The notes: generated by a model not told the origin, from the sequence alone. 25,769 nucleotides of DNA from Oscillospiraceae bacterium (GCA_051882075.1 JBJERC010000074.1:4629-30397), one strand, 5' to 3'. Counted from the first letter of the stretch, positions 6,530 to 15,905 are shown. Numbers and translations are program-made.

Positions 6530-9500
6530 ATGGTACAGACAGAGGTAAACAGGACGGAAAAAGGTCTTTACTCACCGAGGTTTGAACATGATAACTGCGG
6601 TATCGGAGCTGTCGTAAACATTAAGGGTGTAAAGTCGCACGACACGGTCGTTAACGCTCTTACTATTGTCGAGACCCTTGAACACAGAGCCGGTAAGGAC
6701 GCAGAGGGTAAAACGGGCGACGGCGTTGGAATACTTCTCCAGATCTCGCACAAGTTCTTTAAAAAGGCGGCTAAGGAGGATCTTGGCATAACGCTTAATT
6801 CCGAAAGGGATTACGCTGTCGGAATGTTCTTCTTCCCGCAGAACGAGCTTGCAAGAAATCAGGCAAAGAAAATGTTTGAGATAATTGCGGAGAAGGAGGG
6901 ACTTCAGATTTTAGGCTGGAGAAAAGTTCCTTCACGCCCCGAGGTTTTAGGACACAGGGCGGTAGAGTGTATGCCTGCGATCATGCAGTGCTTTATCAAG
7001 CGTCCTGTCGGCGTAAAGAAGGGCATCGACTTTGACCGCAAGCTTTACGTTGCAAGACGGGTTTTCGAGCAGTCGAACGAGGATACCTACGTCGTTTCGC
7101 TTTCGAGCAGAACTATAGTATATAAGGGAATGTTCCTTGTCGGAGATTTAAGAAACTTCTTCCTCGATTTACAGGATCCCGATTATGAGTCGGCTATCGC
7201 AATGGTACATTCAAGATTTTCGACCAACACGAACCCGAGCTGGCAGCGTGCGCATCCGAACAGAATGATGGTGCATAACGGCGAGATAAACACGATAAGA
7301 GGAAATGCGGACAAGATGCTTGCCCGTGAGGAAACGATGAAGTCGGAGCATTTAAAGGGCGATCTTGACAAGGTAATTCCCGTTGTCAACACCGAAGGAT
7401 CAGACTCCGCAATGCTCGACAACACGCTTGAATTCCTCGTTATGAGCGGTATGGATCTGCCCCTTGCGGTCATGATAACAATTCCCGAACCGTGGGATAA
7501 CAACGGAACTATGCCGCAGGCGAAAAAGGACTTCTACCAGTATTATGCAACAATGATGGAGCCTTGGGACGGTCCTGCTTCGATACTCTTCTCCGACGGC
7601 GATATAATGGGCGCAGTGCTTGACCGAAACGGTCTTCGTCCGTCGAGATATTATATCACAGACGACGGCTGCCTTATCCTTTCGTCCGAGGTCGGCGCAC
7701 TTCCTATCGACCCCGAAAGAATTGTCGTTAAGGAAAGACTCCGCCCCGGCAAGATGCTTCTTGTCGACACGGTAAAGGGCAAGCTTATCGGCGACGACGA
7801 GCTTAAAAATTATTACGCTTCAAAGCAGCCTTACGGCGAATGGCTCGACTCAAATCTTGTCTGCCTGAAAGACCTTAAAATACCAAACGCAAAGGTTGAG
7901 GAACATTCCTACGAGGACAGACAGCGTCTGCAAAAGGCGTTCGGCTATACCTACGAGGAGATAATGACCTCTATTCTTCCTATGGCGAAAAACGGCAGCG
8001 AGTCTATCGCCGCAATGGGTACTGACAGTGCGCTTCCCGTGCTTTCAAATCAGCCGCAGCCGCTTTTCAACTACTTCAAGCAGCTGTTTGCGCAGGTAAC
8101 AAATCCGCCTATCGACGCTATCCGTGAGGAGATAGTTACCTCAACGACCGTATATATCGGCGAGGACGGAAATATACTTGAAGAGAAGCCGGAAAACTGC
8201 AAGGTAATGAAGATACACAACCCGATACTTACCTCGACCGACATCTTAAAGATAAAGAATATGCACATTCCCGGCTTTAAGGTCGCAGTTATCCCGATAC
8301 TTTATTATAAGAATACAAGACTTTCAAAGGCGGTCAACAGACTGTTTATCGAGGCTGACAAGGCTTACAACGAGGGCGCAAATATCATAATCCTCTCCGA
8401 CAGAGGAGTTGACGAAAACCACCTTGCTATCCCTTCGCTGCTTGCAGTGTCGGCTCTTCATCAGCACCTTGTTGTAACAAAGAGAAGAACTTCACTTGCG
8501 ATGATCCTCGAAAGCGGCGAGCCGAGAGAGGTTCATCATTTTGCAACTCTGTTAGGCTACGGTGCGTCGGCGATTAACCCCTATCTTGCGCAGGAAACTA
8601 TCCACGAGCTTATCGGCGACGACCTGCTTGACAAGGATTACTACGCAGCCGTTGAGGACTATAATTCGGCAGTGCTGCACGGAATTGTAAAGATAGCTTC
8701 AAAAATGGGTATCTCAACTATCCAGTCATATCAGGGTTCGCAGATATTCGAGGCGGTCGGAATAAGCCGTGAGGTCATCGACAAGTACTTCACGGGTACG
8801 GTAAGCCGTATCGGCGGAATTACTATAAAGGATATTGAAAACAGCGTCGACGCACTTCATTCCGAAGCGTTCGATCCGCTCGGTCTTGGCACGGACAGCC
8901 AGATCGTTTCAAGAGGAAGCCACAAATACAGAAGCGGCAAGGAGGAGCATCTTTACAATCCGCAGACGATCTATCTTCTCCAGCAGGCTTCAAGAACGGG
9001 AGATTATCAGCTTTTCAAGAAATATTCCCACCTTATTACAGATGAAATGGACCCGATGAACATAAGAGGTCTGCTTGACTTCAACTACGCCGACGAGCCT
9101 ATACCTCTCGACGAGGTGGAAAGCGTTGAGTCGATAGTTAAGCGTTTCAAGACGGGCGCAATGTCATACGGCTCTATCTCGCAGGAGGCTCACGAAACTC
9201 TCGCTCTTGCAATGAACAAGCTTCACGGCAAGTCCAACTCGGGCGAGGGCGGCGAAAGCCTTGAAAGACTTCTTACAAAGGGCACTGAAAACGACAGATG
9301 CTCGGCGATAAAGCAGGTAGCTTCGGGACGTTTCGGCGTTACTTCGAGATACCTCACCTCTGCGCAGGAAATTCAGATAAAAATGGCTCAGGGCGCAAAG
9401 CCGGGCGAGGGCGGTCATCTTCCGGGCAAAAAGGTTTATCCCTGGATAGCAAAAACAAGACATTCGACTCCGGGCGTTTCGCTTATCTCGCCGCCGCCTC

Positions 9501-11077
9501 ACCACGATATTTACTCTATCGAGGACTTGGCGCAGCTTATCTACGACTTAAAGAACGCAAACAAGGACGCAAGAATTTCCGTTAAGCTCGTTTCGGAATG
9601 CGGCGTCGGAACGGTTGCGGCAGGCGTTGCAAAGGCAGGCGCAGGCTGTATACTCATTTCGGGCTACGACGGCGGAACGGGCGCCGCTCCGAGAAATTCG
9701 ATATATAACGCAGGACTTCCGTGGGAACTCGGACTTGCCGAGGCTCACCAGACGCTTATCATGAACGGTCTGAGAAACAAGGTCGTTATCGAAACGGACG
9801 GAAAGCTTATGACGGGTCGTGACGTTGCGATTGCGGCTATCCTCGGCGCAGAGGAATTCGGCTTTGCTACCGCTCCGCTGATAACGCTCGGCTGCGTGAT
9901 GATGAGAGTGTGCAACCTTGATACCTGTCCGTTCGGCGTTGCTACCCAGAACCCCGAACTCAGAAAGAGATTTATGGGCAAGCCTGAATTTGTCGTAAAC
10001 TTCATGACCTTCGTTGCTCAGGAGCTTAGAGAATATATGTCGAAGCTCGGCGTGAGAACGGTCGACGAGCTTGTTGGAAGAATCGACCTGATAAAGCGCA
10101 AGGACGGACTTACCGGCACGGCTGCCGAGGTCGACCTGTCGAACATTCTGAATGCAGATTTCGCTTCGGAAAAGGTCGAATACGAAAACAAGTCGCTTTT
10201 CGACTTCCAGCTTGAGAAAACGCTTGATGAAAAGATCGTGCTCAAAGAACTTGGAAGAGCGCTTGCAAAGGGACAGAAGAAAAAGCTCTCGGTCGAGGTC
10301 AAGAACACCGACCGCTCGTTCGGAACGATGTTCGGTTCGGAGATAACAAAGAAGCACGACGACAAGCTTGACGACGACACCTATGTAATAAAATGTTCGG
10401 GTTCGGGCGGACAGAGCTTCGGCGCATTTATCCCGAAGGGTCTTACTCTCGAGCTTTCGGGCGATTCAAACGACTATTTCGGCAAGGGACTTTCGGGCGG
10501 CAAGCTGATAGTTTATCCGCCTAAGGGTTCACGCTTTAAGGCTGAGGAAAATATCATAATCGGAAACGTTGCCCTTTACGGCGCAACGAGCGGAAAGGCG
10601 TTCATCAACGGCGTTGCGGGCGAGAGATTCTGCGTAAGAAACTCGGGCGCAGTCGCAGTAGTCGAGGGCGTGGGAGACCACGGCTGCGAATACATGACGG
10701 GCGGACGTGTTGTCGTTATCGGCAAGACGGGAAAGAACTTCGCCGCAGGTATGTCGGGCGGTGTTGCCTATGTTCTTGACGAGGACAGAGATCTTTATAC
10801 AAAGCTCAACAAGGAAATGGTTCTTTTCTCGGAGGTCAAGGAGAAGTATGACATAATCGAGCTTAAAGGACTTATCGAGGAACACGCAGAAGCGACCGGT
10901 TCGCAGAAGGCAAAGCATATTCTTGAAAACTTCGAGGAATATCTGCCTAAGTTCAAGAGAATAATTCCGCATGATTATAAGAAGATAACAGCCGCTATCG
11001 TTTCGCTTGAGGAAAAGGGTCTTTCGAGCGATCAGGCGCAGATAGAAGCGTTCTATCAGATGGTAAGCGATAAGTGA
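6530..11077 (+). CDS. gltB: Glutamate synthase large subunit
   Basis: 1515 aa. N-terminal Ntn amidotransferase motif NCGIGAVV, central and FMN domains (GEGGHLPG, SGYDGGTGA), 3Fe-4S Cys region (CNLDTCP), and a C-terminal GXGXG repeat domain. Confidence 0.97.
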   Translation: MVQTEVNRTEKGLYSPRFEHDNCGIGAVVNIKGVKSHDTVVNALTIVETLEHRAGKDAEGKTGDGVGILLQISHKFFKKAAKEDLGITLNSERDYAVGMFFFPQNELARNQAKKMFEIIAEKEGLQILGWRKVPSRPEVLGHRAVECMPAIMQCFIKRPVGVKKGIDFDRKLYVARRVFEQSNEDTYVVSLSSRTIVYKGMFLVGDLRNFFLDLQDPDYESAIAMVHSRFSTNTNPSWQRAHPNRMMVHNGEINTIRGNADKMLAREETMKSEHLKGDLDKVIPVVNTEGSDSAMLDNTLEFLVMSGMDLPLAVMITIPEPWDNNGTMPQAKKDFYQYYATMMEPWDGPASILFSDGDIMGAVLDRNGLRPSRYYITDDGCLILSSEVGALPIDPERIVVKERLRPGKMLLVDTVKGKLIGDDELKNYYASKQPYGEWLDSNLVCLKDLKIPNAKVEEHSYEDRQRLQKAFGYTYEEIMTSILPMAKNGSESIAAMGTDSALPVLSNQPQPLFNYFKQLFAQVTNPPIDAIREEIVTSTTVYIGEDGNILEEKPENCKVMKIHNPILTSTDILKIKNMHIPGFKVAVIPILYYKNTRLSKAVNRLFIEADKAYNEGANIIILSDRGVDENHLAIPSLLAVSALHQHLVVTKRRTSLAMILESGEPREVHHFATLLGYGASAINPYLAQETIHELIGDDLLDKDYYAAVEDYNSAVLHGIVKIASKMGISTIQSYQGSQIFEAVGISREVIDKYFTGTVSRIGGITIKDIENSVDALHSEAFDPLGLGTDSQIVSRGSHKYRSGKEEHLYNPQTIYLLQQASRTGDYQLFKKYSHLITDEMDPMNIRGLLDFNYADEPIPLDEVESVESIVKRFKTGAMSYGSISQEAHETLALAMNKLHGKSNSGEGGESLERLLTKGTENDRCSAIKQVASGRFGVTSRYLTSAQEIQIKMAQGAKPGEGGHLPGKKVYPWIAKTRHSTPGVSLISPPPHHDIYSIEDLAQLIYDLKNANKDARISVKLVSECGVGTVAAGVAKAGAGCILISGYDGGTGAAPRNSIYNAGLPWELGLAEAHQTLIMNGLRNKVVIETDGKLMTGRDVAIAAILGAEEFGFATAPLITLGCVMMRVCNLDTCPFGVATQNPELRKRFMGKPEFVVNFMTFVAQELREYMSKLGVRTVDELVGRIDLIKRKDGLTGTAAEVDLSNILNADFASEKVEYENKSLFDFQLEKTLDEKIVLKELGRALAKGQKKKLSVEVKNTDRSFGTMFGSEITKKHDDKLDDDTYVIKCSGSGGQSFGAFIPKGLTLELSGDSNDYFGKGLSGGKLIVYPPKGSRFKAEENIIIGNVALYGATSGKAFINGVAGERFCVRNSGAVAVVEGVGDHGCEYMTGGRVVVIGKTGKNFAAGMSGGVAYVLDEDRDLYTKLNKEMVLFSEVKEKYDIIELKGLIEEHAEATGSQKAKHILENFEEYLPKFKRIIPHDYKKITAAIVSLEEKGLSSDQAQIEAFYQMVSDK

Positions 11078-11090
11078 GGAGGAGTGCAGG

Positions 11091-12575
11091 ATGGGAAAGC
11101 CAACAGGATTTATGGACTATAAGCGAGAGGACGAGGAGGCGCTTTCGGTTGAAGAGCGCATAAAGAATTTCGACGAATTCCACACGCCTCTTTCAAAGGA
11201 GGAGCGCAGAAAGCAGGGCGCACGCTGCATGGAGTGCGGCGTTCCGTTCTGTCAGGCAGGAATGATGATAGGCGGAATGATGTCGGGCTGTCCGCTCAAC
11301 AACCTTATCCCCGAATGGAACGACCTTATCTATAAGGGCGCATGGGAGCAGGCGTATCACAGACTTAGAATAACGAACAATTTCCCCGAATTTACTTCGA
11401 GGGTGTGTCCTGCGCTTTGCGAAAAGGCTTGCACCTGCGGAGCAAACGGCGACGCTGTTACCGTAAAGGCGAACGAATATGCCGTTGTTGAAAACGCATA
11501 TTCCGAGGGGTTAGCCCACGCAGAGATACCGAAGGTGAGAACGGGCAAGAAGATAGCCGTTATCGGTTCGGGTCCTTCTGGACTTGCAGCCGCCGACCAG
11601 CTCAATCAGCGGGGACACAGCGTTACCGTTTTCGAGCGCAGCGACCGTATCGGCGGACTGCTTATGTACGGTATCCCGAACATGAAGCTTGAAAAGGATA
11701 TAATCTACCGCCGTCTTGACATAATGCAGCAGGAGGGTATCGAGTTTGTGACCGAGGCGGACGTCGGAAATACCGTTAAGGCTTCCGATATTCTCGCAGA
11801 ATACGACAGAGTTATCCTTGCCTGCGGCGCATCACAGCCGAGGGATATAAGCGTTCCCGGAAGAGACGCCGACGGGGTCTGCTTTGCTGTCGATTTCCTG
11901 AAGTCGACGACAAAGGCTCTGCTCGACAACGGACTTACCGAGGGAACATATATATCCGCAAGGGGCAAAAACGTAATGGTAATAGGCGGCGGCGACACGG
12001 GCAACGACTGCGTAGGCACGAGCATAAGACACGGCGCAAGAAGCGTTTTGCAGCTTGAAATGATGCCGAAGCTTCCCGATACGAGAGCCGAGAACAACCC
12101 GTGGCCGCAGTGGCCGAGAGTGTGCAAGACCGATTACGGTCAGGAGGAGGCTATCGGACTGTTCGGAAAAGACCCGAGAGTTTATCAGACGACTGTCAAG
12201 GAGTTCATAAAGGACGAAAAGGGCGCGCTCAGGGGTGCGGTGCTTGTCAAACTTTCACCCGTTAAGGACGAAAAGACGGGCAGAATGATGATGAAAGAAG
12301 TCGAAGGCTCGGAATACACCGTCGAGGTCGAGCTTGCGCTTATTGCGGCAGGCTTCTTAGGCGCACAGAACTACGTCACCGAGGCTTTCGGCGTCGAAAA
12401 GACCGCAAGGGGCAACGTTGCGACAGCCGAGGGAGCGCACGCAACAAACGTTGAAAACGTGTTCGTCTGCGGCGATATGCATATCGGACAGTCGCTTGTC
12501 GTAAGAGCAATCCGTGAGGGCAGAGATGTCGCAAGGGAAGTCGACGAGAGCCTTATGGGGTACACAAATCTTTGA
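11091..12575 (+). CDS. gltD: Glutamate synthase small subunit (NAD(P)H-dependent)
   Basis: 494 aa. N-terminal Fe-S Cys clusters (CMECGVPFC, CPALCEKACTC), dinucleotide folds VIGSGPSGLAAA and VIGGGDTGNDC. It starts 13 nt after gltB, with SD ggagga. Confidence 0.95.
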   Translation: MGKPTGFMDYKREDEEALSVEERIKNFDEFHTPLSKEERRKQGARCMECGVPFCQAGMMIGGMMSGCPLNNLIPEWNDLIYKGAWEQAYHRLRITNNFPEFTSRVCPALCEKACTCGANGDAVTVKANEYAVVENAYSEGLAHAEIPKVRTGKKIAVIGSGPSGLAAADQLNQRGHSVTVFERSDRIGGLLMYGIPNMKLEKDIIYRRLDIMQQEGIEFVTEADVGNTVKASDILAEYDRVILACGASQPRDISVPGRDADGVCFAVDFLKSTTKALLDNGLTEGTYISARGKNVMVIGGGDTGNDCVGTSIRHGARSVLQLEMMPKLPDTRAENNPWPQWPRVCKTDYGQEEAIGLFGKDPRVYQTTVKEFIKDEKGALRGAVLVKLSPVKDEKTGRMMMKEVEGSEYTVEVELALIAAGFLGAQNYVTEAFGVEKTARGNVATAEGAHATNVENVFVCGDMHIGQSLVVRAIREGRDVAREVDESLMGYTNL

Positions 12576-12604
12576 TTTGTGCACAAACCTGTAAACTAAA
12601 CAGC

Positions 12605-12648
12605 AAAAATATGGACTGCCGCAGTTTTTACGGCAGTCCATTTCTTTA
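12605..12648. terminator. Bidirectional intrinsic terminator between gltD and the antiporter gene
   Basis: Perfect 11-bp stem atggactgccg / cggcagtccat (12611-12621 / 12631-12641), flanked by aaaaat and tttcttt. Confidence 0.85.
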
Positions 12649-12650
12649 TC

Positions 12651-13829
12651 TCAGTTTTGTTCAAGCATTCTTTCGCAGGTAATATCCATCGCAAACGCAC
12701 CGAGCGGCGCAGTAATGAGGATAGCAAGCACGGCGGCGGTAAGCACGAGGTTTCCGCAGGGCAGACCCATCGAAAGAGGTATCGAGCCGATAGCCGCCTG
12801 AACGGTCGCTTTCGGGGTGTAGGCAAGCATACAGAAAAGCCGCTCCTTTGCCGAAAGACTTGTCTTCACCACGCAAAGCGCAACGCCTGCCATTCTGAAT
12901 ATAAGCACGGAGAAGAGGAGTATCACAGCTTTTATTCCGAAGTCTGCCGCATAGCCTATGTCGACCGCTGCGCCGACAAGCACGAACAGCAGAATTTCGG
13001 CGGCAGCCCACAGCGACGAATACTTTGCCGAAACTTTTTTCGCCATTTCGGGAGCTTTCCGAGCCATCGCTGCGCCCATGCCCATTATCGCAAGCAGTCC
13101 CGAAAAGCCGATAATTCCGTCGGCTGCGTCCTCGAGCGTAACGAGCAGGAACGAAACGCTTATTGTGATGATAACTTTAAGATTGTCGCCCGGCTTGAAT
13201 TTCTCAAACAGCTTTGTAAGAATAATGCCGATAATAAGTCCCGACGGCAAGCCTAAAAGTATCGAAGTCGGTATCCTCAGATACCCCGCCGCAGAAAAAT
13301 CTCCGCCCGAGGCAAGCTGCGTAAACGAGGAAAAAAGCACGATAACGAAAATATCGTCGACCGATGCGCCTGCCATGATAAGCTGGGGTATGCCGTGCTT
13401 AGTTCCTCGCTTCGTTTCGATAAGCCGCAGCATTCTCGGCACGACTACCGCAGGCGAAACGGCGGCAAGCACCGAACCGAGCAGTGCGGCTTCGATAAGC
13501 GATACGTCAAACAGAAACGGCGCAATTATAACCGTTGCGCAGATTTCGCAGCAGGCAGGAAGAAAGCACATAAGCGCCGCAGGTCTGCCGACCTTTTTCA
13601 GCGAGTCGGGGTCGAGGTTAAGCCCGGCTCTTGTGAGGATTATTATAAGCGCAATTTTTCTAAGCTGCGGCGAAATTTCAAGCACCGAGCCGTCGATAAG
13701 TCCGAGTAAATTCGGACCTAAAATAATTCCTGCAAGCAACATTCCGAAAAGCGGCGGAAAATGTATCTTTGCAAACAGCCTGCCAAGCGCAAGACCGCAC
13801 AGAAAGATAAGCGCAAAACTAAAAAGCAT
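12651..13829 (-). CDS. Cation:proton antiporter (Na_H_Exchanger/CPA family) without a C-terminal regulatory domain
   Basis: 392 aa and hydrophobic throughout, with about 11-12 TM segments. The N-terminus FGMLLAGIILGP and the motif MAGASVDD are typical of CPA antiporters. Confidence 0.85.
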   Translation of the reverse strand: MLFSFALIFLCGLALGRLFAKIHFPPLFGMLLAGIILGPNLLGLIDGSVLEISPQLRKIALIIILTRAGLNLDPDSLKKVGRPAALMCFLPACCEICATVIIAPFLFDVSLIEAALLGSVLAAVSPAVVVPRMLRLIETKRGTKHGIPQLIMAGASVDDIFVIVLFSSFTQLASGGDFSAAGYLRIPTSILLGLPSGLIIGIILTKLFEKFKPGDNLKVIITISVSFLLVTLEDAADGIIGFSGLLAIMGMGAAMARKAPEMAKKVSAKYSSLWAAAEILLFVLVGAAVDIGYAADFGIKAVILLFSVLIFRMAGVALCVVKTSLSAKERLFCMLAYTPKATVQAAIGSIPLSMGLPCGNLVLTAAVLAILITAPLGAFAMDITCERMLEQN

Positions 13830-13962
13830 AAAATTCTATCTCCTTTAAAAAGCAATAAAAAAAGCCGACAGCTTCCCTGTAAAAACACAGAAGTCATCAG
13901 CGCAAAAGGCGGTTCGTGCCGTAAAATAAGCACCGGGAGAGCATCATTCCCGTTATTCCTTT
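13830..13962 (-). promoter_or_regulatory. About 130-nt structured 5' leader of the antiporter gene (candidate riboswitch/attenuator)
   Basis: It lies between the predicted promoter and the ATG. It contains hairpin cggga-augaugcuc-ucccg, helix gugc/gcac, and then the terminator listed below. Only about 27 nt, including SD aaggag, follow the U-tract. Confidence 0.45.
13857..13902 (-). terminator. Intrinsic terminator inside the antiporter leader
   Basis: The minus-strand RNA is gcugaugacuucugu-guuuuu-acagggaagcugucggc followed by U7. The stem is about 15 bp with G-U pairs and a GG bulge. Confidence 0.6.
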
Positions 13963-13968
13963 ATATTA

Positions 13969-13997
13969 ATTATAACAGACAAATAAGGGAATGTCAA
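13969..13997 (-). promoter_or_regulatory. Sigma-A type promoter for the antiporter gene
   Basis: The minus strand reads ttgaca-ttcccttatttgtctgt-tataat: perfect hexamers, 17-nt spacer, TGn extension. Confidence 0.65.
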
Positions 13998-14024
13998 CAG
14001 CCGCAAAGATTTTTTTATAAAAAG

Positions 14025-14053
14025 TTGACATATCGGGGGAAAGGTGATATAAT
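14025..14053 (+). promoter_or_regulatory. Sigma-A type promoter for the cyclophilin gene
   Basis: ttgaca (14025-14030), 17-nt spacer ending in tga, tataat (14048-14053). Confidence 0.65.
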
Positions 14054-14098
14054 AAATGAAGATTTTTAAAAACGCTTTTTTAGAAAGGAAAATGAAAA

Positions 14099-14764
14099 AT
14101 GAAAGCATTAAGAAGAATACTTATGATAACCACCGCTGCGTTTATCGTGTGCGCTGCATTCACAGCCTGCGCCGATAAAAATTCGCCCGTTCATTCAAGG
14201 GACGAGGATATTTCGGCGGCAGGAAACAAATCCGGAACGGCTGAGGAGATAGGAAGTTTCACCATTACCCTTTACCCCGAATATGCGCCGATAACCTGCG
14301 AGAATTTCGAGAGCCTTGTAAGCGACGGCTTTTATGACGGACTTACCTTCCACAGAGTTGTCGACGATTTTATGGCACAGGGCGGCGACCCCTCGGGCGA
14401 CGGCACGGGCGGAAGCGAGAAGACGATAAAGGGCGAATTTGCCGCAAACGGCGTTGAAAATCCGCTTTCGCACAAAAGGGGAGTAGTTTCAATGGCTCGT
14501 GCAAACGACCCCGACAGCGCTTCCTCGCAGTTTTTTATCTGCTATACCGATGACTGTACATTCCTTGACGGCAGCTATGCGGCGTTCGGAGAGGTAACGG
14601 AGGGCATGGAGATAGTCGACAAGTTCTTAGACGTCGAGCGTGTTTTAGGCTCTGATAACGCAATGTCCTCGCCGACAAAGCCTATCACGATCACAAAGGC
14701 TGAAATGATCGACGACGACGCCGACGGAAACCCAAGAGCAAAACTCACAATTGCGATAGGTTGA
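14099..14764 (+). CDS. Cyclophilin-type peptidyl-prolyl cis-trans isomerase, predicted lipoprotein
   Basis: Signal peptide with a lipobox (AAFTAC at the end of MKALRRILMITTAAFIVCAAFTAC). Cyclophilin motifs FHRVVDDFMAQGGDP, MARANDPDSASSQFFI and FGEV. Confidence 0.92.
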   Translation: MKALRRILMITTAAFIVCAAFTACADKNSPVHSRDEDISAAGNKSGTAEEIGSFTITLYPEYAPITCENFESLVSDGFYDGLTFHRVVDDFMAQGGDPSGDGTGGSEKTIKGEFAANGVENPLSHKRGVVSMARANDPDSASSQFFICYTDDCTFLDGSYAAFGEVTEGMEIVDKFLDVERVLGSDNAMSSPTKPITITKAEMIDDDADGNPRAKLTIAIG

Positions 14765-14772
14765 TTTTTTAT

Positions 14773-14801
14773 CGGGGCGGAGAATATCCGCTCCGTTTTT
14801 T
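14773..14801 (+). terminator. Intrinsic terminator after the cyclophilin gene
   Basis: Stem cggggcgg / ccgctccg with loop agaatat, followed by T6. Confidence 0.8.
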
Positions 14802-14817
14802 AAAGAGGTAAGATAAA

Positions 14818-15588
14818 ATGCTCAACGCAGAAAAAATAAAGCAGCTTGCAAAAGGCTGCGGCTATGATATTCACACCGCCGTTTCGGTCGATTCGACTAA
14901 CAACGTGTTAAAAAGGCTTGCGGCAGACGGAGAAAAAGAGGGATATATGCTCTTTTCCGAGGAGCAGACGGCAGGAAGGGGAAGACAGGGAAGGAGCTTT
15001 TTCTCGCCAAAAAGCGGTATTTACACATCGCTGCTGCTGCGACCAATGACCGACCCGACGAAAACGCTTTATTTTACGACTGCGGCGGCAGTTGCGGTCT
15101 GCCGTGCGATAGAAAGTGCGGCGGATATAAAAGCGCAGATAAAGTGGGTAAACGACGTTTATATCGGCGAAAAAAAGGTGTGCGGAATACTTACCGAGTC
15201 GTCGATCTCGGGCGGCGTTACCGACTGGGCGGTAGTCGGGATAGGCGTTAATCTTATTAAGCCCGACGGCGGATTTCCCGAAGAAATTTCAGACCGTGCC
15301 TGCGCACTTTTTGACAGCGAAGAGGATATGCCTGAATGTTTTTCTGACCGATTTGCAGCCGCTCTTGCCTTGCAGCTTAAACTCGTTTATTCGCAGGACA
15401 GACAGAAAACGGCGCAGGAATACCGCAGCCGCTCGATGCTTATCGGCAGGACCGTTACGGCTTGCGACGGCGGAAAAGAGCGTGTTTGCAGGGTGCTTGA
15501 CGTAAGCGACAGCGCCGAGCTTATCGTTGAGTTTGAGGATAAAACTCAGGGCAGGCTTTATTCGGGCGAGGTAAGGGTAAGGCTGTAA
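14818..15588 (+). CDS. birA: Biotin--[acetyl-CoA-carboxylase] ligase, class I (no N-terminal HTH)
   Basis: 256 aa. Signature GRGRQGRSF and motif KWVNDV. The length and the absence of a winged-helix N-terminus indicate a class I enzyme. Confidence 0.9.
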   Translation: MLNAEKIKQLAKGCGYDIHTAVSVDSTNNVLKRLAADGEKEGYMLFSEEQTAGRGRQGRSFFSPKSGIYTSLLLRPMTDPTKTLYFTTAAAVAVCRAIESAADIKAQIKWVNDVYIGEKKVCGILTESSISGGVTDWAVVGIGVNLIKPDGGFPEEISDRACALFDSEEDMPECFSDRFAAALALQLKLVYSQDRQKTAQEYRSRSMLIGRTVTACDGGKERVCRVLDVSDSAELIVEFEDKTQGRLYSGEVRVRL

Positions 15589-15632
15589 CTCTTTTCGTTT
15601 TAGCGGCATATGCTGTTACAGAGGCGATCAAT

Positions 15633-15821
15633 TTGAATGGCTGTGAAATTTCGGCAGCGGTCACGGCGATAGCGAACACTCTTGCAGGCAGGCTTTCCGA
15701 CGATCAGCTTGCGCTTGCCGCCGCTGTTTTTACTCAGCTTGGCGACACGCTTGCAACGATAGCCGTTTCACGCTCGATATGCGAAAAGACCGAGAAGCCG
15801 TGCGGCAGCAGTGAAAAATGA
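15633..15821 (+). CDS. Small Ala/Leu-rich hypothetical protein (62 aa, TTG start)
   Basis: The only open frame in the birA-to-terminator gap. TTG start with agagg 9 nt upstream. Codon usage resembles the neighbouring genes. A terminator follows directly. Confidence 0.45.
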   Translation: MNGCEISAAVTAIANTLAGRLSDDQLALAAAVFTQLGDTLATIAVSRSICEKTEKPCGSSEK

Positions 15822-15832
15822 CAAATAAAAAC

Positions 15833-15870
15833 AAAGCTCTCCGAACGCTTATGTCCGGGGAGCTTTTCGT
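15833..15870. terminator. Bidirectional intrinsic terminator between convergent genes
   Basis: 11-bp stem aaagctctccg / cggggagcttt, with a T-run on the plus strand and an A-run (T-run on the minus strand) at 15826-15835. Confidence 0.7.
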
Positions 15871-15905
15871 CTTGTCATGTCCTTACGTTTTATTTTCTTT
15901 CTCTT

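Noticed and set aside
6487-6585. 32-codon upstream ORF overlapping the gltB start in another frame
   Set aside because: It has no SD and no recognisable leader-peptide logic such as runs of regulatory codons. It is most likely a chance frame.
9548-10357. 269-aa minus-strand ORF, plus several 60-150-aa ORFs inside gltB and gltD
   Set aside because: They are antisense to a highly conserved enzyme gene, with low-complexity Ser/Arg-rich translations and no translation signals.
12958-13848. 296-aa plus-strand ORF (with 12657-13256 and 13395-13709)
   Set aside because: It is antisense to the antiporter gene. The minus-strand product has clear transporter features, whereas these translations are Ser/Arg-rich with no motifs.
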